Assembly (NCBI GenBank): GCA_024171525.1 | Contig: JALJZY010000014.1 | Origin: Neisseriaceae bacterium HSC-16F19 | GTDB lineage: Bacteria > Pseudomonadota > Gammaproteobacteria > Burkholderiales > Neisseriaceae | DNA length: 24,000 nucleotides | Direction: 5' to 3' (one strand) | Part shown: positions 7,660 through 14,426 of the stretch, piece after piece | Position numbering within the stretch: the first letter of the stretch is position 1 | Layout: the number at the start of each line of letters is the position of its first letter | Position numbers and translations under genes: made by a program | Notes under the pieces: model-generated | Database searches by the model: none | What the model saw: only the letters and a program-made list of their open reading frames with translations | What the model was told of the DNA's origin: nothing

Positions 7660-8367
7660 TCAAAAGAATAAAAACGCATCCTCATCAAAGGCAGGCCATG
7701 TATGACGGATTTCCCGCATCATAAAATTTTTCACCGTTGCATAATGTGCCATGCCCATGTGCGTGCACCAATGGTATAAAAAAGCAATATCAGGCGGATG
7801 CGCAAATACCCGCATGGCCAGGATTTCAAGCCCGTCATCGCCGTAATCCAAGAAGGAGGCCAGCTGTTCGTCCCAAGTTGTCACCGATGCTCTCACGCGT
7901 ATACGCGCATCATCCCAAATATTGCCCTGCCACCAATCTTCGTTCATGCATGACAGCGCGGTTAAAACGGCTTCATCTACGGTGTGGGTCAGCCCCTCAA
8001 GTGTGTAGAGTTTGACGGCTGTTTGGGAGATGGCTTGCCATGCTTGTGCCCAATTCTGCGGCACCGTCTCACCAAAAGCATACTCACGGTAATAGGGATT
8101 GTGTTCGTACACTGCCAAACGGTGACACAAGGCAGCATCGAGTGTATGCAGGGTTTCTTTAAAACCCGAATAATCCAGCCGTCCGCGTTTGTCATTGAAG
8201 AAGCCCTGCAAACAGTGTTTGGCGAGGGATTGGATTTGGGATTGATATGCCGGACTGTAGCCAAATAAGGCCAGGTCGTGCATGCAGTCGGACGCCAATG
8301 CAATCAGCACGTTTTCTTGGGCGGTGGTTAGGTGGTGCATGGTTGTTCCGGTCACCGTCTGCGGCAT
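7660..8367 (-). CDS. Hypothetical protein (235 aa; alternative start at 8340), lower-GC orphan
   Basis: This is the longest ORF in a stretch where my hand-counted GC is about 50-55%, against 60-65% in the flanks. The product is Trp/His-rich and cytoplasmic-looking, and I recognise no motif or family. The SD is weak for either start. It is bounded by its own terminators on both sides. Confidence 0.6.
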   Translation of the reverse strand: MPQTVTGTTMHHLTTAQENVLIALASDCMHDLALFGYSPAYQSQIQSLAKHCLQGFFNDKRGRLDYSGFKETLHTLDAALCHRLAVYEHNPYYREYAFGETVPQNWAQAWQAISQTAVKLYTLEGLTHTVDEAVLTALSCMNEDWWQGNIWDDARIRVRASVTTWDEQLASFLDYGDDGLEILAMRVFAHPPDIAFLYHWCTHMGMAHYATVKNFMMREIRHTWPAFDEDAFLFF

Positions 8368-8450
8368 TTATATTAATGATGAGTCAAGCATACATAACAA
8401 CAGGCCTGCTGAATATCCCTGAGCGTGCATGGGGCTGTTAAAAAATGCAT

Positions 8451-8497
8451 AAAAAGGCTGCCTGAAAACCATTTGCGGGTTTTCAGGCAGCCTTTTT
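8451..8497 (-). terminator. Inverted DUS-pair terminator downstream of tnaA
   Basis: aaaaAGGCTGCCTGAAaaccatttgcgggtTTCAGGCAGCCTtttt, with perfect 12-mers at 8455-8466 and 8482-8493. The flanking A and T runs make it usable in both directions. Confidence 0.8.
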
Positions 8498-8512
8498 GTA
8501 CTGATACGGGTA

Positions 8513-9928
8513 TCACACTTCCTGCAAGCGTGCGGTGAAATGGCGCAGCACTTTGGGCTCGTAGGTGAAAGTCAGCCCCTTGATGTCGGCGGCGTGCTGT
8601 TTCACTTCGGCAAAGGCTTCGATGATGAAGTCCATATGCGTTTGCGTGTAGGTGGCGCGGGGTATGGTCAGGCGCAAAAGTTCGGCCGGGCAGGGCAGCT
8701 GTTCGCCGGTTTTGGGGTCGCGGCCCAAGAGCAGCGAGCCGATTTCCACCGCGCGGATGCCGGCCACGGTATAGAGTGCGCAGGCCAGTGCATGGGCGGG
8801 GAATTGGTGGGCGGGGATGTGCGGCAGCAGGCGGCCCGCATCGACAAAAGCCGCATGGCCGCCCGGTTGTTGGCAGGCAATGCCCACGCCTTCCAAGCCT
8901 TCCACCAGATAACGCACCTGGCCGATGCGGTAGGCCAGCCAGTCCTCGCGCATGGCTTCGTACAGACCCACGGCCAAGCGCTCCATGGCACCGCCCTCCA
9001 GGCCGCCGTAGGTGGGGAAACCTTCCTGCACCACGCACAGGGTGCGGCATTCGTGATAAGCCTCCAGATAGCGGTCGTCTTTGAAGCACAAGAGGCCGCC
9101 CATGGGCACCATGGCGTCTTTTTTGGCCGACATGGCGAGGATGTCGGCGTATTGGTAGCTTTCGCGGGTGATGTCTTCAATGCTGCGCTCTTGGCAGCCG
9201 GGCTCGCGTTGTTGGATGAAATAGGCGTTTTCGGCGAAGCGGGCGGAATCCATAATCACCGGAATATCGTATTTCTGCGCCAGTGCGTACACCGCTTTCA
9301 TATTCGCCAGCGACACCGGCTGGCCGCCGGCGGAATTGCAGGTGATGGTGCAGACGATGTAGGGCACATTGGCGGCGCCGACTTCGAGTATGCCCGCTTC
9401 CAGGCGCTCAAGGTCGAAATCGCCCTTGAAGTCATGCTGCACGCCGGTGTTGAAAGCCTGCGGCATGGGGGTATTGCGCACGGCGCAGCCGTGGATTTGC
9501 GTGTGGCCTTGGGTGGTGTCGAAAAAGTAATTGGAAAAGGCCGCCATTTTGCTGCGGTCCAGCCCTTTTTCGCGTTCGCGCTGGGCAATCAGCACCGGAA
9601 TATACAGCTGCTCGGCACCGCGGCCCTGGTGGGTGGGAATGGTGTGGGCATAGCCGAAAATATCTGCTACCGCATCACTGAGGGCGTAATAGCTGCGGCT
9701 GCCGCTGTAAGACTCGTCGCCGCGCAGCATGGCCGCCTGCATGTCTTGGGTCACGGCGCCGGTGCCGCTGTCGGTGAGCAGGTCAATAAAGACATCTTCG
9801 CTGTCGAGCAGAAAAGGATTCATGCCCGCTTTGCGGATGGCTTCCTCGCGATAGGCGCGGGTGGTGCGTTTGACCGGTTCGATGACGCGGATACGGAAAG
9901 GTTCGGGCAGGTGTTTGAAGTGTTCCAT
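8513..9928 (-). CDS. tnaA: Tryptophanase (L-tryptophan indole-lyase), 471 aa
   Basis: From [31 protein letters not shown] the product is collinear with and very similar to E. coli TnaA ([31 protein letters not shown]...). It includes the PLP-lysine motif [12 protein letters not shown] and the C-terminal [19 protein letters not shown]. The 70 extra N-terminal codons in the track ORF run through REP, dRS3 and DUS repeats and are not coding. Confidence 0.96.
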   Translation of the reverse strand: MEHFKHLPEPFRIRVIEPVKRTTRAYREEAIRKAGMNPFLLDSEDVFIDLLTDSGTGAVTQDMQAAMLRGDESYSGSRSYYALSDAVADIFGYAHTIPTHQGRGAEQLYIPVLIAQREREKGLDRSKMAAFSNYFFDTTQGHTQIHGCAVRNTPMPQAFNTGVQHDFKGDFDLERLEAGILEVGAANVPYIVCTITCNSAGGQPVSLANMKAVYALAQKYDIPVIMDSARFAENAYFIQQREPGCQERSIEDITRESYQYADILAMSAKKDAMVPMGGLLCFKDDRYLEAYHECRTLCVVQEGFPTYGGLEGGAMERLAVGLYEAMREDWLAYRIGQVRYLVEGLEGVGIACQQPGGHAAFVDAGRLLPHIPAHQFPAHALACALYTVAGIRAVEIGSLLLGRDPKTGEQLPCPAELLRLTIPRATYTQTHMDFIIEAFAEVKQHAADIKGLTFTYEPKVLRHFTARLQEV

Positions 9929-9953
9929 GGGGTTCTCTTTTTCAGGCAGCCAT

Positions 9954-9977
9954 GTAGGTCGGGCATTGATGCCCGAC
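9954..9977 (+). repeat. REP-like hairpin, family B
   Basis: GTAGGTCGGGCAttgaTGCCCGAC: GTAG head, 8-bp stem, 4-nt loop. It is the inverted partner of 10188-10211. Confidence 0.7.
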
Positions 9978-10051
9978 AAAACCAACTCAAAAATCAATCT
10001 ATAAAGGATAAAAGACAGGTTCGCTGGATAGCGCGCATGACCTTTATCAAG

Positions 10052-10076
10052 ATCCTGCGACTGCGCGCAGGATGAC
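10052..10076 (-). repeat. dRS3-like palindromic repeat (GTCATCCTGCGCGCAGTCGCAGGAT)
   Basis: ATCCTGCG-N6-CGCAGGAT inverted repeat with a GTCAT head, identical to the copy at 23612-23636. It has the same layout as the Neisseria GTCATTCCCGCGCAGGCGGGAATC units. Confidence 0.6.
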
Positions 10077-10084
10077 CGTAGGCC

Positions 10085-10120
10085 GTCATTCTGCGCGTAG
10101 CGTAGCGAAGTCGCAGAATC
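10085..10120 (+). repeat. dRS3-like palindromic repeat, long-loop variant
   Basis: GTCATTCTGCGcgtagcgtagcgaagtCGCAGAATC: 8-bp arms ATTCTGCG/CGCAGAAT with a 16-nt loop. Confidence 0.55.
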
Positions 10121-10187
10121 TGTTTTTGCGTTACGCAAGCAGCCTGTTACTTTTTAGATTTAATTTTCAAATGGGTATGCAAAGCAT

Positions 10188-10211
10188 GTCGGGCATGAAT
10201 GCCCGACCTAC
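10188..10211 (-). repeat. REP-like hairpin, family B (inverted partner)
   Basis: The plus strand reads GTCGGGCAtgaaTGCCCGACCTAC, and its rc carries the GTAG head. Confidence 0.7.
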
Positions 10212-10278
10212 GGCTGACCGTATGTGGATAAAGGAAAATTTAAGAAGACAGACATACGCCGTCCGGCGCCGGGAACAT

Positions 10279-10356
10279 TTAGGGGAAAAAGAAAGACAGC
10301 ACCGGGTCGAGATTGAACCAGTGGCGGCACAACAGATTGACGGGACGGGTGTTCAT
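10279..10356 (-). CDS. tnaC: TnaC-type tryptophanase operon leader peptide (25 aa: MNTRPVNLLCRHWFNLDPVLSFFFP)
   Basis: These are the last 25 codons of the 77-aa track ORF 10279-10512. Compared with E. coli TnaC (MNILHICVTSKWFNIDNKIVDHRP), the WFN(I/L)D core is shared. The W-to-D spacing of 4 and the D-to-P spacing of 8 are the same. Pro is the last sense codon before the stop, which here is TAA. It lies 350 nt upstream of tnaA on the same strand. There is no SD; the leader is A/C-rich. Confidence 0.7.
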   Translation of the reverse strand: MNTRPVNLLCRHWFNLDPVLSFFFP

Positions 10357-10386
10357 GTGTGTGTTTGGGTTTTGTTTTGTGGGCGC

Positions 10387-10415
10387 ATTGTAAGAGAAGG
10401 AATACGGCGCGACAA
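10387..10415 (-). promoter_or_regulatory. Putative sigma70 promoter of the tnaC-tnaA operon
   Basis: On the minus strand: TTGTCG (10415-10410), a 17-nt spacer, then TACAAT (10392-10387), ending 30 nt upstream of the tnaC ATG. This placement would exclude the two upstream in-frame ATGs from the transcript. Confidence 0.4.
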
Positions 10416-10488
10416 GATGAGTTTGTGCCATTAAATAATTTTTATGGTGCAAACAATGGCAGATTATTTTGAAATGGCGATTTTTGGG

Positions 10489-10507
10489 CTGCAAAATGGT
10501 TTTGCAG
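10489..10507. promoter_or_regulatory. Perfect 19-bp palindrome CTGCAAAAtggTTTTGCAG between the ruvC stop and the tna promoter
   Basis: 8-bp arms and a 3-nt centre. No adjacent U-tract on either strand, so it may be an operator or a weak ruvC 3' hairpin. Confidence 0.25.
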
Positions 10508-10526
10508 TGCAAGATAGGGTATCGGG

Positions 10527-11060
10527 CTACCTGAAACGCCCGGCTTTCAAGGTCAGTCCCTGACGGATTTGTGCCGCCAGGCTGTGGTTGCGCAGGGCGT
10601 GGGTGAGGGCGACGGCGAGGCCGTCGGCGGCGTCGGCCTGCGGGGTGCCGGAGAGGGCGAGCATCTGCACCACCATATGCTGCACCTGTTCTTTGGCGGC
10701 TTTGCCGCGGCCGACCACGGCTTGTTTCACTTGCAGGGCGGTGTATTCGTGCACCGGCAGGCGGTGCATGACCAGGGCGGCGATGGCGGCACCGCGTGCC
10801 TGGCCCAGCATCAGCGTGGCGGCGGGGTTGGCATTGACAAACACCTGTTCCACCGCCGCTTGGGCGGGTTGGTAGGTGCGGATGACTTCGTCCAGATATT
10901 CGACGATGGTGGCGATACGTTCGGCCAGGGGTGCGCCGGATTCGGTTTTGATGCAGCCGGAGGCAACGTACTGCTGCTGTTGCCCGAGCACGTCTATGAC
11001 CCCGAAGCCGGTGATGCGGCTGCCGGGGTCTATGCCGAGAATGCGCACGGCCTGGCTCAT
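10527..11060 (-). CDS. ruvC: Crossover junction endodeoxyribonuclease RuvC
   Basis: The 177-aa product has [16 protein letters not shown] (catalytic Asp), [21 protein letters not shown], and the C-terminal [13 protein letters not shown] motif typical of RuvC. Confidence 0.95.
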   Translation of the reverse strand: MSQAVRILGIDPGSRITGFGVIDVLGQQQQYVASGCIKTESGAPLAERIATIVEYLDEVIRTYQPAQAAVEQVFVNANPAATLMLGQARGAAIAALVMHRLPVHEYTALQVKQAVVGRGKAAKEQVQHMVVQMLALSGTPQADAADGLAVALTHALRNHSLAAQIRQGLTLKAGRFR

Positions 11061-11063
11061 GTT

Positions 11064-11075
11064 TTCAGGCAGCCT
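11064..11075 (-). repeat. DUS 12-mer in the 14-nt lipoprotein-ruvC spacer
   Basis: Perfect TTCAGGCAGCCT. Its last base overlaps the lipoprotein stop codon. Confidence 0.8.
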
Positions 11076-11527
11076 TAAGGCAGCGGAACCACGCGGTTGA
11101 TGCCGCCGCCGGCCACCACGCGCACTTTTTGTCCGGCTTTGATGTCGGCATGATGCGGCTGCACCACGCGCAGCACTTCGTTGTTTTCGTCCAGCACCAC
11201 CAGCACTTCCACATCATAGGTTTGGGGCGTGTTGTTGCCCAAGACGTGTCCGGCGGCGGCGCCAATCACGGCACCGATCATTTCGCCGCTGTTCTGGCCG
11301 CCTTTGCGGATGCCGTCAAACACCTGTCCGGCGGTTTCCATCCATTGGTCTTCTTTGGACTGCTCTTTTTTCAGCGGCGTCACCGACAAGACCTGGCCCG
11401 CATACACTTTGGCGGTTTTCTGGGTTTGTACTTTGCTGGGGGTGTTGGGGTTGTTGTCATCGGTGGTGGCGCAGGCGCCGAGGGCGAGCGCCAGAGCGGC
11501 GCCGACAAGTGCAGAACGGATATGCAT
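11075..11527 (-). CDS. SlyB-like outer-membrane lipoprotein (glycine-zipper)
   Basis: AAGGAG lies 7 nt upstream. The signal peptide has a lipobox (ALALGAC). The architecture is collinear with E. coli SlyB: [11 protein letters not shown], a glycine zipper [14 protein letters not shown], then VEVLVVLD...VVQ...GQKVRV. Confidence 0.8.
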   Translation of the reverse strand: MHIRSALVGAALALALGACATTDDNNPNTPSKVQTQKTAKVYAGQVLSVTPLKKEQSKEDQWMETAGQVFDGIRKGGQNSGEMIGAVIGAAAGHVLGNNTPQTYDVEVLVVLDENNEVLRVVQPHHADIKAGQKVRVVAGGGINRVVPLP

Positions 11528-11547
11528 GGTTAAACTCCTTGATTAAC

Positions 11548-11559
11548 AGGCTGCCTGAA
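11548..11559 (+). repeat. DUS 12-mer upstream of the lipoprotein gene
   Basis: Perfect AGGCTGCCTGAA. Confidence 0.8.
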
Positions 11560-11649
11560 AAAGGCCGCTTGGGGCGGAGCGGATTGTAGCGCCATACACC
11601 CATGCGGCTATATGCAAATCAGGCAAAAATAATTGAATATTTGTAGGTA

Positions 11650-12672
11650 TCAAACCGGCAAACCGGCGCAGGCGCGTACGCATTCTTTAATCAGTGCCGG
11701 GCCGCGGTAAATCAGGCCGCTGTAAATCTGTACCGCTTGGGCGCCGAGGGCCAGTTTTTGCGCGGCATCGCGGCCGTGCATAATGCCGCCCACGCCGATA
11801 AGCGGAATGCGCCCGTCCAGCTGCCGGGCCAGCTGTTGCAGCACATGATGGCTTTGCGTCTGCACCGGCAGGCCGGAAAGACCGCCGGCCTCTTGCGCCA
11901 GCGGATGGCTGCCGAGCGCGCTTTTGTCTATGGTGGTATTGGTGGCAATCACGGCATCGATTTCGCATTGCTGCGCCACTTCGGCCACGGCGCTGATTTG
12001 GGCTTCGTCCAAATCGGGGGCGATTTTCACCGCCAAAGGCACATAGCGGCCGTGTTGTGCCGCCAGATGCGCCTGTTTGTCTTTCAGGCAGCCCAAAAGG
12101 GCATTGAGTTCGTCTTCGCCCTGCAAGGCGCGCAGGTTTTGCGTATTGGGCGAGGAAATATTCACCGTGATATAGGACGCGTGGGCATAAGCCTTTTCCA
12201 GGCAAATCAGATAATCGTCGGCGGCGTTTTCAATCGGTGTGGTGGCGTTTTTGCCGATATTGATGCCGAGCACGCCTTTGTATTGGCTGTGCTGGATATT
12301 GCGGATGAGGGCATCGACGCCGTGGTTGTTAAAACCCATGCGGTTAATCACGGCGCTGTGCTCGGGCACGCGAAACAGGCGCGGGCGCGGATTGCCCGGC
12401 TGCGGGCGCGGCGTGACCGTGCCCACTTCGATAAAGCCGAAGCCCAGCGCTGCCAGGGCATCGATGTATTCGCCGTTTTTGTCCAAACCGGCGGCCAGGC
12501 CCACGGCATTGGGCAGCGGCAGGCCCATCAGCGTGGCCGGTTTGCCCGCTTGCGGCGGATACAGGCGCGCCAGCAGGCCGGCGCGGTGCAGCTGCTGGAT
12601 GCTGTTGAGGGTGAAATGGTGGGTGGTTTCGGCGTCAAAACGGAACAACAGGGGGCGGATCAGCGGGTACAT
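11650..12672 (-). CDS. pyrD: Dihydroorotate dehydrogenase (quinone), class 2
   Basis: The 340-aa product has [52 protein letters not shown] and GVGGI motifs. Confidence 0.95.
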   Translation of the reverse strand: MYPLIRPLLFRFDAETTHHFTLNSIQQLHRAGLLARLYPPQAGKPATLMGLPLPNAVGLAAGLDKNGEYIDALAALGFGFIEVGTVTPRPQPGNPRPRLFRVPEHSAVINRMGFNNHGVDALIRNIQHSQYKGVLGINIGKNATTPIENAADDYLICLEKAYAHASYITVNISSPNTQNLRALQGEDELNALLGCLKDKQAHLAAQHGRYVPLAVKIAPDLDEAQISAVAEVAQQCEIDAVIATNTTIDKSALGSHPLAQEAGGLSGLPVQTQSHHVLQQLARQLDGRIPLIGVGGIMHGRDAAQKLALGAQAVQIYSGLIYRGPALIKECVRACAGLPV

Positions 12673-12720
12673 GGCGGTTTTTAATCTCAGTGGGGTCGGG
12701 GCGGATTATAGCGCAGGGCA

Positions 12721-14268
12721 TCAATGCTCGTGGCGGCGGAAATCGCGGGTGCGGAAACCCAGTGCAAACAAGGTGCCGAAATACAGCAGCACGCCGCTGC
12801 CGATGAGCACACCCAGTTGCAGCGCACGCAGGCTGCCGGGGCCTTGCCAGTTTAAGGGCCACAGGGTTTGTATTTGCATCAGCCACAGGCTGCCGCCCAT
12901 CACGATTAAGGCGGTGGCAAGTTTGAGCCAGAAACGCAGCCAGCCGGGGCGCGGGCGGTAGAGGTCGTGGCGGCGCAGCAGAATATACAGCAGCGCCGCA
13001 TTGACCATGCCGCCCAGACCAATGGCCAGCGCCAGGCCGACATGCTGCAAATGCCACACAAACATCAGATTGAAGATTTGCGTCACCACCAGGGTGACGA
13101 TGGCGATTTTCACCGGCGTGCGGATGTTTTGGTGGGCGTAAAAACCGGGAGCGAGGATTTTTACCAGTATCATGCCTGCCAACCCCACGGTATAGGCCAC
13201 CAGCGCGCCCTGGGTCATCACCGCGTCATGCAGGGTGAAGCGGTCGTACATAAACAGGGTCGCCACCAGCGGAAAGGCCAGTACCGCCATGCCCACCGCT
13301 GCGGGCAGCACCAGCAGCAGACACAGGCGCAAGCCCCAATCCAGCAGGGCGGAGAAAGATTCCACATCCTTGCTGACCGCATGTTTGGACAAAGACGGCA
13401 GCAAAATCGTGCCCAGTGCCACACCCAAGACGCCGTTGGGCAATTCCATCAGCCGGTCGGCAAAATACATCCACGACACCGAGCCCGATTGCAGAAACGA
13501 GGCGAAATTGGTGTTGATGACCAAAGACACCTGCGCCACGCTCACACCGAGAATGGCCGGGGCCATCTGCTTCATCACCCGGTTCACCGCGGCATCGCGG
13601 AAATTGAGCTTGGGCAGCTTTAAAAAGCCGAGTTTGAAGAGATAAGGCAGCTGGAAGGCCAGTTGCAGTATGCCGCCGACAAATACCGCCCACGCCAGTG
13701 CCATCACCGGCGGGTCGAAATAAGGCACCAGCCACAGGGAAAACACGATAAAGGACAGATTCAGGAGCACCGGGGTAAACGCCGGTACGGTGAACTGGTG
13801 ATAGGTATTGAGTATGCTGCCTGCCAAGGAAGAGAGCGAAATCAGCAGGATATAGGGGAAGATGATGCGCAGCAAATCCACCGCCAGCGAGAATTTGTCG
13901 GCATCGGCCTGACCGCTCCAGCCCATGGCGGTGAGATAGATAATCCACGGTGCGGCAATAATGCCCAGCGCGGTGACCACGGTGAGTGCAAAAGTGAGCA
14001 TGCCCGCCACATGCTGCACAAAAGCGCGCGTGGCTTCGGGCGACTGGGTTTGCTTGTATTCGGCCAAGATCGGCACAAAAGCCTGGGCAAACGCGCCTTC
14101 GGCAAAAATGCGCCTGAGCATATTGGGCAGCTTGAAGGCGACGAAAAAAGCATCGGTGGCGCCGCTGGCACCAAACAGACGGGCAATAATCATGTCGCGC
14201 ACAAAGCCCAAAATGCGCGACAACATGGTCATACTGCTGGTTTTGGCCAGCGTACGGAGCAGATTCAT
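12721..14268 (-). CDS. murJ: Lipid II flippase MurJ (MviN), 515 aa
   Basis: I chose the start at [34 protein letters not shown].. (canonical MurJ N-terminus), 15 codons inside the track ORF. The product is polytopic throughout. A DUS lies 6 nt upstream of the ATG. Confidence 0.93.
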   Translation of the reverse strand: MNLLRTLAKTSSMTMLSRILGFVRDMIIARLFGASGATDAFFVAFKLPNMLRRIFAEGAFAQAFVPILAEYKQTQSPEATRAFVQHVAGMLTFALTVVTALGIIAAPWIIYLTAMGWSGQADADKFSLAVDLLRIIFPYILLISLSSLAGSILNTYHQFTVPAFTPVLLNLSFIVFSLWLVPYFDPPVMALAWAVFVGGILQLAFQLPYLFKLGFLKLPKLNFRDAAVNRVMKQMAPAILGVSVAQVSLVINTNFASFLQSGSVSWMYFADRLMELPNGVLGVALGTILLPSLSKHAVSKDVESFSALLDWGLRLCLLLVLPAAVGMAVLAFPLVATLFMYDRFTLHDAVMTQGALVAYTVGLAGMILVKILAPGFYAHQNIRTPVKIAIVTLVVTQIFNLMFVWHLQHVGLALAIGLGGMVNAALLYILLRRHDLYRPRPGWLRFWLKLATALIVMGGSLWLMQIQTLWPLNWQGPGSLRALQLGVLIGSGVLLYFGTLFALGFRTRDFRRHEH

Positions 14269-14273
14269 GAAAC

Positions 14274-14285
14274 AGGCTGCCTGAA
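14274..14285 (+). repeat. DUS 12-mer immediately upstream of murJ
   Basis: Perfect AGGCTGCCTGAA. Confidence 0.8.
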
Positions 14286-14387
14286 AACGCAAAAGGCGTG
14301 AGTGTACACGCAAGCGTGGCGTGCGTCATGCGGGAAGTCGGCTACGGTGGCGGTTTCGATTCTCAGGCAGTCCTGACTGATAACAAA

Positions 14388-14420
14388 TAAAAACAGCACC
14401 GTTGCCGGTGCTGTTTTTTG
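14388..14420. terminator. Rho-independent terminator downstream of the APC permease gene
   Basis: aaaaaCAGCACCGttgcCGGTGCTGtttttt, flanked by an A-run and a T-run, 7 nt after the permease stop. Confidence 0.8.
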
Positions 14421-14426
14421 TCGGCA

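Noticed and set aside
8540-10075. 511-aa plus-strand ORF opposite tnaA, and the 238-aa and 170-aa alternative minus frames at 8373-9180
   Set aside because: These are high-GC antisense or off-frame artefacts. The tnaA frame is strongly supported by near-collinearity with E. coli TnaA.
9929-10138. 70-codon N-terminal extension of the tnaA track ORF (start at 10138)
   Set aside because: The extension is translated from DUS, REP and dRS3 repeats. The canonical TnaA N-terminus [11 protein letters not shown] begins at 9928.
10357-10512. Upstream 52 codons of the 77-aa ORF containing tnaC (alternative ATGs at 10512 and 10431)
   Set aside because: Neither ATG has an SD. The predicted promoter lies inside this stretch. 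The sequence is AT-rich promoter-like DNA, and only the last 25 codons resemble TnaC.
10524-10535. GGGCTACCTGAA, resembling a different DUS dialect (AG-eikDUS-like), at the ruvC stop
   Set aside because: It is a single occurrence with two mismatches to the resident DUS and lies within the ruvC coding end. It is most simply a decayed or chance near-match.
12967-14329. Off-frame and antisense ORFs over murJ (367 aa minus strand, 218 aa and 212 aa plus strand)
   Set aside because: They overlap a polytopic MurJ frame with a canonical N-terminus. Their translations are Arg/His/Gly-rich.
14341-14385. tRNA-like T-arm fragment (GGTGGCGGTTTCGATTCTCAGG)
   Set aside because: No acceptor stem, anticodon arm or CCA context could be folded. 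It is not a tRNA gene, and I cannot support a tRNA remnant either.
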